From positions 96,001 through 160,000 of the forward strand of contig CAZSKP010000003.1 of NCBI GenBank assembly GCA_964607485.1: a stretch of 64,000 bases of DNA, given 5' to 3'. Shown here one piece after another: positions 20,120-29,875 of the stretch. Numbering within the stretch: the first letter of the stretch is position 1; every line of letters starts with the position of its first letter. The notes below the pieces were generated by a model. The model made no database searches and was not told where the DNA came from. It was given only the letters and a program-made list of their open reading frames with translations. A program made the position numbers and the translations under genes. The stretch comes from an uncultured bacterium (GTDB lineage: Bacteria > Abyssobacteria > SURF-5).

Positions 20120-21379
20120 TCACCTCATATTCTCGGATCCCAGGGTTTGGAGAGTCTTGAGCACATGGCAGATGTTTCGTAGCTCGCTTTCCTGCAGTGT
20201 TCCGCAAAGCGGCAGACACAACACCTGTCGGGCGACGCGTTCGGCTACCGGCAGGTTGCTCGGCGCGGCCGAGGGAAGCGCGGAATAACAGGAGAAGTGG
20301 CTGCATAACGGATGGAAGTATTTGCGCGGATGAACATTGAATTGTTTCAGCAGCGTGTAGAGTTCGTCCCGGCTCATCCCGTAACGCTTTTCATCGATGA
20401 GAATGGGGAAATAGGCGTAGTTGGGACGCACGTGCGGGATTTCTTCGAGGAGCGAGAGTCCCGGAATATCCCTCAATCCGTCTCGATAGATTCCGCTCAG
20501 CCTGCCCCGGTTGGCAATCTCTTCGTCCACCATGTCAAGCTGAAGGAGGCCGAAGGCCGCCTGAAACTCGTTCATCTTGCCGTTGATTCCCGGGCCGATG
20601 ACCGTCTCCTCGCCGGCGATCCCGAAGTTTCTCAGGAAGCCGATGCGTCTTTTTTGGTCTGCGGATTTGGAGATCAGCGCACCGCCCTCGCCAGTCGTGA
20701 AGAGCTTGGTCGCGTGGAAGCTCAGCACGGAGATGTCGCCGTACGAAAGGATCGACCGGCCGTTGTAGCGCACGCCGAAGGCATGGGCGGCATCGTATAT
20801 CACATGCAAACCGTGCGTGTCCGCGATTGCCTGGATGGCCTCCACATCACAGGGAGTTCCGTAGACGTGCACCGCCAGTATAGCCTTTGTGTCGGGGCTG
20901 ATGAGACGTTCCAGCCGGTTGGGGTCCAGGTTGAAGGTTTTCTCGTCAATGTCGCAGAAAACGGGCCGGACCCGGTTCCAGTACAGAACGTGGGAGGTGG
21001 CGGGAAAGGTAAACGGAGTGGTAATCACCTCACCGCTGTTTATGCGCAGCGCCTGAAGCGCCACCAGAAGAGCTATTGTGCCATTGCAGAAGAGGGACAA
21101 ATGTTCCACGTCCAGATATTGGGCCAATCGGGCCTCTAACTCCCTGTGAAGCTCTCCGTCGTTGGTGAGCCATTGACGCTTCCAGATTCCCTCGAGTTTC
21201 TCACGATACTGGCCCAGGCTCGGCATGCTCGGACGCGTCACCAGGATCGGCTCAGGGAATTTATATTTGAGGATGAGGCTGTCCAAAGAAGGATGTTGCA
21301 AACGATTGCCAGCCCTGGTTTCCACCCGAAAGGTTCCTCCCAAGTTCACGCCGCGCCGAGAAAGGAAGGGGAGAATCAA
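20120..21379 (-). CDS. vioA: DegT/DnrJ/EryC1/StrS sugar aminotransferase, VioA-like
   Basis: 'ILVTRPSMP..WLTNDG', 'NGTIAL', 'TTPFTF', 'IYDAAHAFG', PLP lysine in 'SFHATKLF'; true start probably further downstream. Confidence 0.85.
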   Translation of the reverse strand: MILPFLSRRGVNLGGTFRVETRAGNRLQHPSLDSLILKYKFPEPILVTRPSMPSLGQYREKLEGIWKRQWLTNDGELHRELEARLAQYLDVEHLSLFCNGTIALLVALQALRINSGEVITTPFTFPATSHVLYWNRVRPVFCDIDEKTFNLDPNRLERLISPDTKAILAVHVYGTPCDVEAIQAIADTHGLHVIYDAAHAFGVRYNGRSILSYGDISVLSFHATKLFTTGEGGALISKSADQKRRIGFLRNFGIAGEETVIGPGINGKMNEFQAAFGLLQLDMVDEEIANRGRLSGIYRDGLRDIPGLSLLEEIPHVRPNYAYFPILIDEKRYGMSRDELYTLLKQFNVHPRKYFHPLCSHFSCYSALPSAAPSNLPVAERVARQVLCLPLCGTLQESELRNICHVLKTLQTLGSENMR

Positions 21380-21462
21380 TCCCTCTCGGAAGCGGATCTC
21401 GCCGCGCAGCCAAAATGCTTCCTTATTGGCGGTTCCTCACATGCTCAAACCCTGTGAAGCGT

Positions 21463-24132
21463 CTATTCCGTATGGATTCTACAGGCTGAATCGGCATCTG
21501 TCAAGCGCCTGCCGACATAACGTCGATCGATGAATAACCCCAGCAGGATAAGCAGGAGGGTGCCGAGGGAGATGGCCGCTCCCCAGCGCAGACTGGCCGG
21601 CTGGTACTTGAAGAGGACCGTGTGATTGCCCGCGGGCGTCTCGACGGCCCGAAACAGCGAGTTCGCACGCCAGATGGGTGTTCTCACCCCGTCCACGAAC
21701 GCGTTCCAGCCCGGATAGTAACTGTCGGTTAGGATGACGAGCGAGGGCGACTGGACCTCGACATGCAGCTCGACCTCGTCGTTTTCGTACCTGTCGATCC
21801 GCGCCTGGCCGGGATGTGTGGGAGCGTCGGCGGAGGCAAACGAGGGCTGGCCGTCTTCGAGTATTACCGAGCGCGACAGCTCGGAGAGGTTATCCCTGAT
21901 TGCCTGCAGGCTCTGCTGCTCGCCGTGCGTGATTATATAATTGTTGACCAGATAGGTTCGGGGGAGGGCGAATCTGTTCTCGTAAACATGGATCTCCGAG
22001 GTTGCATCATTACCGGAATGGCTTGATTTCCAAATCTCGTGATAATTGTCTTTCACCACATCTTCGCCAAGCACGTCGTTGGTAACGACATAGCGTAACG
22101 AGGCCAAGCCTACCATCTGTGCCTGCTTCAGGAACAATTCCATAAAGGGGCCGCCTATGATTCCGTAAAATGGCGCAAGACGGCTATGTTTGTCAAACTC
22201 TTCGGGACCCAGCATGGATCGAACGTAGTTCCTCCACCTGGCCAGTGTAAGAGAATCGTAGTTATTAACATCAAGAAACTGGAACATGCTTCCGAGATTG
22301 GGATTTATGATGGCAGTGATGATGACGTTAGAAAGGAGTACGCGATCTTGCCCCGCGTGCGCTTTTGTCCACTTTACCCTCTCGTCGGAAAGAGAATCCG
22401 CGGAGACGAGTTTGGTGGTGGCTGGAACCGGCCACCGGATTTGCCTCCGTGGAACAACATCGAACAGTATCAGCAGCATCACCGCCCATACGCTCAACCT
22501 CCTTGTCCAGGAAGGAAGTCCGGGTGCATGCAATAGGAAGACCAGAACCAGGGTCATGACGCAAATGAAGTATCCTGTCGATTCAAACCTACTTCCGAAC
22601 GCAATGCTCAACGGAATCAGCCCGACCGCCATTCCCGCCGCGAACCTCTTCATCCGACGAGAACAGTCGAAAGCGCATGAAACGACGAGGAGAATCAGTG
22701 GGATGCAGAACAGGACCACCATGAGATCGATTTCCGCATACATCATATCTTTGAACAAAATAACGCTGAGTACGCCGACCAATAGCACCGCCACTGTCAG
22801 AATCCCTTTCATCCGGAAAGAATAACTGGAGACAAATATCAAGAGGATGGAGGCAAAGAGCATCCAAGGGAGTACAATCACAATATAACCGGCTGAGCGA
22901 AATAGCAGTCTGACACTGGTTGAGCAAACCGGATACGATAAGCTGAGCGTGTACAAGGCCGCCAGAACCAGGAGCCAGTTCAAGCTCCCGGTTTGCGAGT
23001 TCCGTAACCTCATAGATCCCATGTCCAGTAAAGAGGAAAGGCCGATTCCTGCAAGAACCGCAATCGCAAAGCTCCCCAGAGGGATAATCCTCTCGGGGAG
23101 ACGAAAGCTGTCCGAGAAAGGGATCATGCCAAAAATTGCCAGCGCCGGCCTGTGCTTTGACAGAACAAAAAGCAATGCGTAGCCGAAGGTGGCAGACAAG
23201 GCAATCAAGATTCGCCGGTTCTTCTTGGAGGTAAATGCGAAAGGAACGAGAAGCAGCGAGCTGCCGAAGTAGGGCATAATTGAAGGACCCGACCATCTGC
23301 TTATGGAATTCTGCAATGTTCTGAGGGGTGAAAATCCCTTGATCAGGAGCATTGTGCTCCGGTCCATTTGCTCCGTCACATTGCGGACAGAATTAAGAGA
23401 CAGCTCCAGCGTGGGCAAAAATTGGACAGCTACCAGGCCCGCTGTGAATAAAAAGGCGAGACCAATAAGGCCCAGTCTCAAGGAGACACCCTTCAGCTCA
23501 TAACGGGACCATGAGAGAAGGAGAACGAGAAGAACGTAAATGGATAAAATGATGCAAATGTAGTAAAAGTACTGTGTGAATCCCGCCAAGAAGCAGAGGG
23601 TCAGGGATAGAGTCAGAGCCAGGCAAGCCCCGAAGGTGGGTTTGTCAAGAAGCCGGTGGGCCAACCAGAAGATAACCGGCAGCCAGCAATAGGTGGCGCC
23701 GACGCATGGGCTGAAGGTCTCTGCCAGTACGGAAAATCCGAAAAGTATGGTGGCTAGGGTCACGGCCGGCCAGTCGAACTTTAGGTAGCGCATATAAAGC
23801 ACCACCCCCGCCATGCCAACAACGACGCCCACAAACTGGATGAGCAACATCGCGTGCGGCAAGTCCAGAAGAAATATTGCCCAGTTAATCGGGTAGAGAT
23901 GTCCCATTCCGATCATTGCAAAGAAGGGACGGCCCATCGCTTGATAAGGGTTCCACAACGGAAGCGATCCCGCCAGAACACTCTGCCTGGCAAACGTTTG
24001 GAAAGGAAGAGATTGAGTATACACATCAAGTTGGGGCAGTCTGTCCCCCGCTTTTTCCATTTGATACAGGGCGTTTGCCAAAAAACCCAAGATGCCGATT
24101 ATGACCAGAATCGGCGTGAGCGGCCGCTTCAT
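21463..24132 (-). CDS. YfhO-family membrane glycosyltransferase (GT-C), copy 1
   Basis: 'LPLWNPYQAMGRP', many TMs, 'YENRFALPR', 'TDSYYPGW'; start MKRPL overlaps stop of copy 2 (ATGA). Confidence 0.85.
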   Translation of the reverse strand: MKRPLTPILVIIGILGFLANALYQMEKAGDRLPQLDVYTQSLPFQTFARQSVLAGSLPLWNPYQAMGRPFFAMIGMGHLYPINWAIFLLDLPHAMLLIQFVGVVVGMAGVVLYMRYLKFDWPAVTLATILFGFSVLAETFSPCVGATYCWLPVIFWLAHRLLDKPTFGACLALTLSLTLCFLAGFTQYFYYICIILSIYVLLVLLLSWSRYELKGVSLRLGLIGLAFLFTAGLVAVQFLPTLELSLNSVRNVTEQMDRSTMLLIKGFSPLRTLQNSISRWSGPSIMPYFGSSLLLVPFAFTSKKNRRILIALSATFGYALLFVLSKHRPALAIFGMIPFSDSFRLPERIIPLGSFAIAVLAGIGLSSLLDMGSMRLRNSQTGSLNWLLVLAALYTLSLSYPVCSTSVRLLFRSAGYIVIVLPWMLFASILLIFVSSYSFRMKGILTVAVLLVGVLSVILFKDMMYAEIDLMVVLFCIPLILLVVSCAFDCSRRMKRFAAGMAVGLIPLSIAFGSRFESTGYFICVMTLVLVFLLHAPGLPSWTRRLSVWAVMLLILFDVVPRRQIRWPVPATTKLVSADSLSDERVKWTKAHAGQDRVLLSNVIITAIINPNLGSMFQFLDVNNYDSLTLARWRNYVRSMLGPEEFDKHSRLAPFYGIIGGPFMELFLKQAQMVGLASLRYVVTNDVLGEDVVKDNYHEIWKSSHSGNDATSEIHVYENRFALPRTYLVNNYIITHGEQQSLQAIRDNLSELSRSVILEDGQPSFASADAPTHPGQARIDRYENDEVELHVEVQSPSLVILTDSYYPGWNAFVDGVRTPIWRANSLFRAVETPAGNHTVLFKYQPASLRWGAAISLGTLLLILLGLFIDRRYVGRRLTDADSACRIHTE
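21556..21986. repeat. ~430 bp near-identical 3' segment of YfhO paralog (copy A)
   Basis: Aligns without gaps to 24186-24616 and 26828-27258. Confidence 0.9.
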
Positions 24133-26774
24133 CTTTTGCTCCTCTTTCTCAAGACCACAAAAGAAAATGAACACAGAATGAGCAAGAGGGTGCCGAGGGA
24201 GATGGCCGCTCCCCAACGCAGACTGGCGGGCTGGTACTTGAAGACAACCGTGTGATTGCCCGCGGGCGTCTCGACGGCCCGAAACAGCGAGTTCGCACGC
24301 CAGATGGGCGTCCTCACGCCGTCCACGAACGCGTTCCAGCCCGGATAGTATCCGTCGGTCAGGATGACAAGCGAGGGTTTGTCGGCCTCGACATGCAGCT
24401 CGACCTCGTCGTTTTCGTACCTGTCGATTCGCGCGCGGCCGGAACGTGTGGAAGCATCGGAGGAGGCAAACGAGGGCTGGCCGTTTTCGAGTATTACCGA
24501 GTGCGACAGCTCGGAGAGGTTATTCCTGATTGCCTGCAGGCTCTCCTGCTCGCCGTGCGTGATTATATAATTGTTGACCAGATAGGTTCGGGGCAGGGCG
24601 AATTCATTCTCGTAAATGCAGATTTCCGGTTCCGTGCTGTTTTGATATCTCAATTTCCATGAATCCCGGCTATCCTCTTCTGACATTTCGCTGTCCGTAA
24701 CCATGTACCGCAAAGAAGCAAGCCCCATCTCTTTTGCCCGTTGCGGCAGGTCCTTCTCGAAACCGACGAAGAGTCCATAAAATGTGACAATCTCTTCAAA
24801 TTCCTTGTCCCCTATCATAAACTCGACAAAATCTCCCCATCTCGCCAAGGTGAACGATGTGTAGCTGCTAATGTTAAAAATTCGGTCTCCAGACCCGCGA
24901 CTCTTTTCGGGTGAGTTCACTGCGTATTTCAGATATACACGGTCATATCCCGCGTGTTCTGTTATCCACTTTCTCCACGACACATCCGAAGAGCCGGCGT
25001 AGCTCTTGACAGTGGTGGCTGGAACGGTGCTCCGGATATGTCGGTACGAGACAATCTCAACCAGTATTAGCAGCGCCAATACCCACACGCCCGTCTTTTT
25101 CGGCCACGAGGGAAGCCCGGAATCATAGAAGAAGTAGAAGACGAAAACGGCCGTCATGAAAAGTACGAAACATCCTGTTGGTTCGAATCTGTGTCCGAAC
25201 ACAATACCCAGCACGGCCAGCCCCACCGTCATGCCTAGTATGAATCTCTTCATCCGGGGGACGCCGTCGAGGGCACATATAAACACGAACAGAATCAAGG
25301 AGACGCAGAGCAGGAGGATTATCAAGTCGATGACCGCATCCAGCACGTCCCACAGGTGGACGGCGCCCAGCAGACTGGTCAACAGCACCATTCCCATCAA
25401 TACCGTTTTCACGCGGAAGGAATAACGGGAAGCGCGTATTAAGAAAGCGGCGCCAATCACTATCCAGGGCAACAAGATCACGAAGTAGCCGGATGAGCGA
25501 AATAACAATCTGGGGACGGTCTTGCAGGTTGGGTACGCCACGAAAAGTGTGTACAGAACTGCCAGGATTGGAAACCAATTCAACTTGCCTGTTTCCGTGT
25601 CCCGCAGTCTTACCGACCCTTTTTCCCACAGAACGAGGAGGCCAATGCCCGCCAAGACGCCTAGCGCAAATTGATTCATATCGATCATCCTGGCGTGCCA
25701 ACGCAGGGAATCCGAAAAGGGCAACTTGCCAAAGATGGCCAGCGAAGGCACATGTTTCGACAGGACGAAAAGCACGGTATAACCAATGGTCGCGAACAGG
25801 GCGATCACGACGGGCCGGTCCTTCTTGGACGCAATTGAGAAAGGGACAAACAGAAGAGAGCTGCCATAGTAGTAAATGGCCGCGGACACAAAGAGATTTC
25901 TGTCGCCCCAGATATGCGCCCCCCTGCTGTTCAGGTAATTATTAAACACCAGACTGATTGAAAAGACATCGTAAGGGTCATGTCCCGTTGAAACATATTC
26001 CTTGGTTATATTCCGCACGGAAGATAGGGATAATTCCACCATAGGGAGAAACTGCACGGAGACTATGCCCAGCATCAACACAAAGGCGAGTCCCACCAAG
26101 CTCAATCTGAGCAGCGTGCCCTTAAGCTTGTATTCGGACCAGGAAAACACAATGACAAAGGAGAAATATACAAACCCGATGATGCAGATATAGTAAAAGT
26201 AATTGGCGAAGCCCCCCAGGAAGCAAAGAACGAGAGAAGCTGTCAGGGCGATGCACGCGCCGAAGCTCGGCCTGTCGAAAAGACGGTGGGTCAGCAAGAT
26301 AATAAGAGGAAGCCAACACAGCGTGGCCCCCTTATTCGGGACAAAGGTATCCAGAAACACCGCATATCCAAAAAGCATCGTACCCAGGATAACAGCCGGC
26401 CAGTCAAGCTTCAGATAACGCATATAGAGCAGCGTCCCCACCATACCAATGATGGTGTTCAGAAACTGGATGACCAGCATGGCGCGCGGCACGTCCAGCA
26501 GAAGCATTACCCAATTGATGGGAGAGAGAAGGCTCTGCCCGTTAATGGCGAAAAGGGGACCACCCAACGCATCATAGGGGTTCCACAATGGAAGCGCTCC
26601 CGCCCGAACATACTCCCTGGAGAGTGTTAGGACCGGCCAAAACTGAGAATACATGTCGCTATTTATGAAATTGAGGACGGGAGTGCTTCCCGCTTTCAGT
26701 ACGTCATAGAGGAGCATTGCCAGAAAGAATAGAATTCCCAGGAGGATCAAGGATGGTTTGAGTAGCCGTTTCAT
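24129..26774 (-). CDS. YfhO-family membrane glycosyltransferase (GT-C), copy 2
   Basis: 'LPLWNPYDALGGP', 'YENEFALPR', 'TDGYYPGW'; ATGA overlaps at both ends. Confidence 0.85.
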   Translation of the reverse strand: MKRLLKPSLILLGILFFLAMLLYDVLKAGSTPVLNFINSDMYSQFWPVLTLSREYVRAGALPLWNPYDALGGPLFAINGQSLLSPINWVMLLLDVPRAMLVIQFLNTIIGMVGTLLYMRYLKLDWPAVILGTMLFGYAVFLDTFVPNKGATLCWLPLIILLTHRLFDRPSFGACIALTASLVLCFLGGFANYFYYICIIGFVYFSFVIVFSWSEYKLKGTLLRLSLVGLAFVLMLGIVSVQFLPMVELSLSSVRNITKEYVSTGHDPYDVFSISLVFNNYLNSRGAHIWGDRNLFVSAAIYYYGSSLLFVPFSIASKKDRPVVIALFATIGYTVLFVLSKHVPSLAIFGKLPFSDSLRWHARMIDMNQFALGVLAGIGLLVLWEKGSVRLRDTETGKLNWFPILAVLYTLFVAYPTCKTVPRLLFRSSGYFVILLPWIVIGAAFLIRASRYSFRVKTVLMGMVLLTSLLGAVHLWDVLDAVIDLIILLLCVSLILFVFICALDGVPRMKRFILGMTVGLAVLGIVFGHRFEPTGCFVLFMTAVFVFYFFYDSGLPSWPKKTGVWVLALLILVEIVSYRHIRSTVPATTVKSYAGSSDVSWRKWITEHAGYDRVYLKYAVNSPEKSRGSGDRIFNISSYTSFTLARWGDFVEFMIGDKEFEEIVTFYGLFVGFEKDLPQRAKEMGLASLRYMVTDSEMSEEDSRDSWKLRYQNSTEPEICIYENEFALPRTYLVNNYIITHGEQESLQAIRNNLSELSHSVILENGQPSFASSDASTRSGRARIDRYENDEVELHVEADKPSLVILTDGYYPGWNAFVDGVRTPIWRANSLFRAVETPAGNHTVVFKYQPASLRWGAAISLGTLLLILCSFSFVVLRKRSKR
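24186..24616. repeat. ~430 bp near-identical 3' segment of YfhO paralog (copy B)
   Basis: Aligns without gaps to 21556-21986. Confidence 0.9.
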
Positions 26775-29399
26775 CTTTTCCTTCGCCTTCTCGAGACATC
26801 AAGCAGGAGAGCACACAAAATAACCGTGAGGGTGCCGAGGGAGATGGCCGCTCCCCGGCGCAGACTGGCGGGCTGATATCTGAAGAGAACCGTGTGATTG
26901 CCCGCGGGAGTTTCGACGGCTCGAAACAGTGAGTTCGCGCGCCATACGGGCTTCCTCTCTCCGTCCACAAACGCGTTCCAGCCCGGATAGTAGCTGTCGG
27001 TCAGGATGACGAGCGAGGGTTCGCCGGCTTCGACCTGCAATTCGACCTCGTTTATTCCATACCTGCCGATCCGCGCCCGGCCCGGATTTGCGGGCACGGC
27101 GGCAGAGGGAAACGAGGGCTCGCCGTTTTCGAGTATCACCGAGTGTGACAGGCTCGAGACATTGTCCCTGATCGCCTGCAAGCTCTCCTGCTCGTTGCGT
27201 GTGATTGCGTAGCTGTTGACCAGATAGGTTCGGGGCAGGGCGAATGTGTTCTCGCGTACGTAAAACTTTGAGTTCTTATCGATGCCTTCGTGCGTCAACT
27301 TCCACCCGTTGCGATTACCCTCTCCTATCTTGTCCTCGTCGAAACCTTCATAGGCGAGAAAGTAGCGAAGAGATGTCAATCCCACCATCTGCGGCTGCTC
27401 CAGGAATAATTTCGTCAAAGGCCCGACGAGGATGCCGTAGAAGGGGCCGGCCCGGGTGATCTCGTCGAATTTTTCGGAACCTGCGATGCAGCGGACATAG
27501 TTTTTCCACCGGGCCAGCGTCAAGGAGTCGTAACTGTCGATACTGAAAAACTGAAACATGCTTCCAATATTAGAGTTGAGTAAGGAATCGGAGGGGGAAA
27601 TGAGCACACGGTCGTACCCCGCGTGTGCTTTTGTCCACTTTACCCTTTGGTCGAAATAGAAATTGGCTGAGGCGACCGTAGTGGTAGCGGGAACCGGCGC
27701 GAGCGCCTGCCTCCGTGGAACGACATCGAGCAGTATCAACAGCAACACCGCCCACATGCTCGCCCTCCTCGTCCAGGGGGGAAGTTCGGGAGCATACAGG
27801 AAGAAAGCGAGCACGGCTGTCATAATGACTGTGAAATATCCCGTCGGCTCGAACTGGCTCCTGAACACAATACTCACCGCGACTAGCCCCGCCGCCATTC
27901 CCGCTGCGAATCTCTTCATCCGGCGAGAGCCATCGGAAGCGTACAGAACGACGACGATAATCAAGGGGATGCAGAGCGAAATGCCGATGAGGTCGATTGC
28001 CATGTACATCGTGTCTTTGAATGAGACAACGCTTAGCAGACCCGCCAATAGCACCGCCGCCGCCAGGAACCCTTTCACCCGAGGAGGATACCTGGAAGCT
28101 ATCACAAGGAAGATGAAACCGATCAGTATCAAGGGCAGCAGAATCACCATGTAACTTGATGAACGAAATAACAGTCTAACGATGGTCACGCAGGCCGGGT
28201 ACGAAAGGAAGAGCAGGTACAAGACCGCCAGCACCGAGAACCAGTCCAAGCTCCTCGTCCGTGGGTTGCGCAACTTCAGGAATTCCCTGTTCAACAGAAC
28301 AGAAAGGCCGATCCCCGCGAGGGCCACGATCATGAAATGAGTGAGAGCCACAAACCTTTCGTGCCAACGGAAACTGTCGGCAAGAGGGACCCTGCCGAAG
28401 ACGGCCAACTCCGGCCTGTGCTTTGATAGAACAAACAGCAGTGCATAGCCCAGGGCGGCTGACAGCGCTATCACAACCTGCCTGTGCCTCTTAGACCAAA
28501 GCGCAAAAGGGATGAGTAGCAGCGAGCTGCCGAAATAGGGCGTGAACGAGTGAGGCGTCCATGTGGTCAGAGTGCTCCACAACATCCCAAGCACGGAGAA
28601 CCTTCCGAGCAAAAGAACTTTTCCCGGCTCCATCTGCTTCGTCACACTACGGACAGAATGAAGAGACAGCTCCAGCGTGGGCAAAAATTGCACAGCGACC
28701 AGCCCCGCCGTGAACAGAAGGGCGAGACCGCACAGGCCAAATCTCAACGAGACGCCTCTCAGCTCATAACGGGACCATGAGAGGAGCAGCATAACACAAA
28801 GGTAAACGAATAGAATGATGCAGATGTAGTAAAAGTGCTGGACGAATCCCGCCAGAAAACAGAGAGCCAGCAATGCCGTCAGCGCCAGGCACGCCCCCAG
28901 CCCCGGCCCGTCAAGAAGCCGGTGAGCCAACCACAGAATGACCGGCAGCCAACAGTAAGCCGAGCCAACGCAGAGGCAAAAGGTCTGTCCCAAAACGGAA
29001 TACCCAAAAAGCAAAGATGCCAGGATGACGGCGGGCCACTCAAGCTTCAGATAGCGCATGTAAAGCGCCATCCCCCCCCATGCCGATAGCGACAGACAGA
29101 AACTGTATTGCGAGCATCGCCCGAGGCACGTCCAGCAGGAATATTACCCAGTTAATCGGGTAGAGAAGCCCGTATCCTATTACAGCAAAGAGCGGGCGGC
29201 CCACCGCCTGATAGGGATTCCACAACGGGAGCGTCCCAGACAGAACTTCCCGTTTGGCAAGAGTTAGTAGCGGTAAATATTGAGCATACAAGTCGAGGGG
29301 AGGAATCCCATCCCCCGCCCTCTTCATTTGATACAGAGAATTCGTCAGAAAGCACGAAATGCCGACGACGACCAGAGCCAGTACGACCAGACGCTTCAA
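26771..29399 (-). pseudogene. YfhO-family glycosyltransferase copy 3, split by a +1 frameshift in a G8 tract (phase-variable OFF, pseudogene or sequencing error)
   Basis: ORFs 29040-29399 and 26771-29071 join into one paralog if C8 at 29072-29079 were C7 (GMGGMALYMRYL vs GMAGVVLYMRYL and GMVGTLLYMRYL in copies 1 and 2). Confidence 0.85.
26828..27258. repeat. ~430 bp 3' segment of YfhO paralog (copy C, more diverged)
   Basis: Colinear with copies A and B. Confidence 0.85.
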
Positions 29400-29455
29400 C
29401 TGTTCATTCCATCAAAATTGCGTAACATGAATAGTTTGGCGACCCTCGGTCGTCG

Positions 29456-29485
29456 ATTATATCTACATCGGCGTTGAAAGGTCAA
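29456..29485 (-). promoter_or_regulatory. sigma70-type promoter of the YfhO triplet
   Basis: TTGACC-18 nt-TATAAT on the minus strand about 60 nt upstream of 29399. Confidence 0.65.
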
Positions 29486-29701
29486 GTCACACTCTCCGGC
29501 TGAAATTCCCACATGAACAATGGCTGGGAGGGCCCGTTGGCTCGCAGGCGCTGGGAAATTACCGCAAAATAAAAGTGTCTTGTCCAACGCCGTACAACAC
29601 GCGCACAAACCCGGCCAGTTGTGCTCATCCTCAGAAACAGCCGGACGAACCAAGCCCGAAATGGCCGGCGGGACAATTGAATCCATCTGGCGCTTTCTGT
29701 G

Positions 29702-29731
29702 TTGAAGCGCGAAATTATGGTGTGTTATACT
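29702..29731 (+). promoter_or_regulatory. sigma70-type promoter of the methionine synthase-btu operon
   Basis: TTGAAG-18 nt-TATACT with TG extension. Confidence 0.55.
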
Positions 29732-29737
29732 TAGAAA

Positions 29738-29848
29738 CCGGGTCTCGTGGACGTCGGGGGAGGCGGACGACGCGTCCCGTGCGGCGACCTCTTCCGCCGC
29801 ATGCACCCGCCAGAGGAGACACCGGGAACTTTTCCCGACAAGAGTCGA
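29738..29848 (+). ncRNA. Candidate structured 5' leader RNA
   Basis: CCGGGTCTC(29738) pairs with GAGACACCGG(29825), enclosing hairpins GGACG/CGTCC and GTGCGGCG/CGCCGCAT; no known family recognised. Confidence 0.4.
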
Positions 29849-29875
29849 GTGTAAGCTACTGGGGCGTGGTTGATT

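Noticed and set aside
21556-27258. Diversity-generating retroelement TR/VR pair suggested by near-identical 3' repeats
   Set aside because: Differences are not adenine-specific, all copies lie in paralogous CDS ends, and no reverse transcriptase is present
29738-29870. Canonical cobalamin or SAM-I riboswitch, SRP or 6S RNA
   Set aside because: Diagnostic consensus motifs not found; kept only as an unclassified candidate
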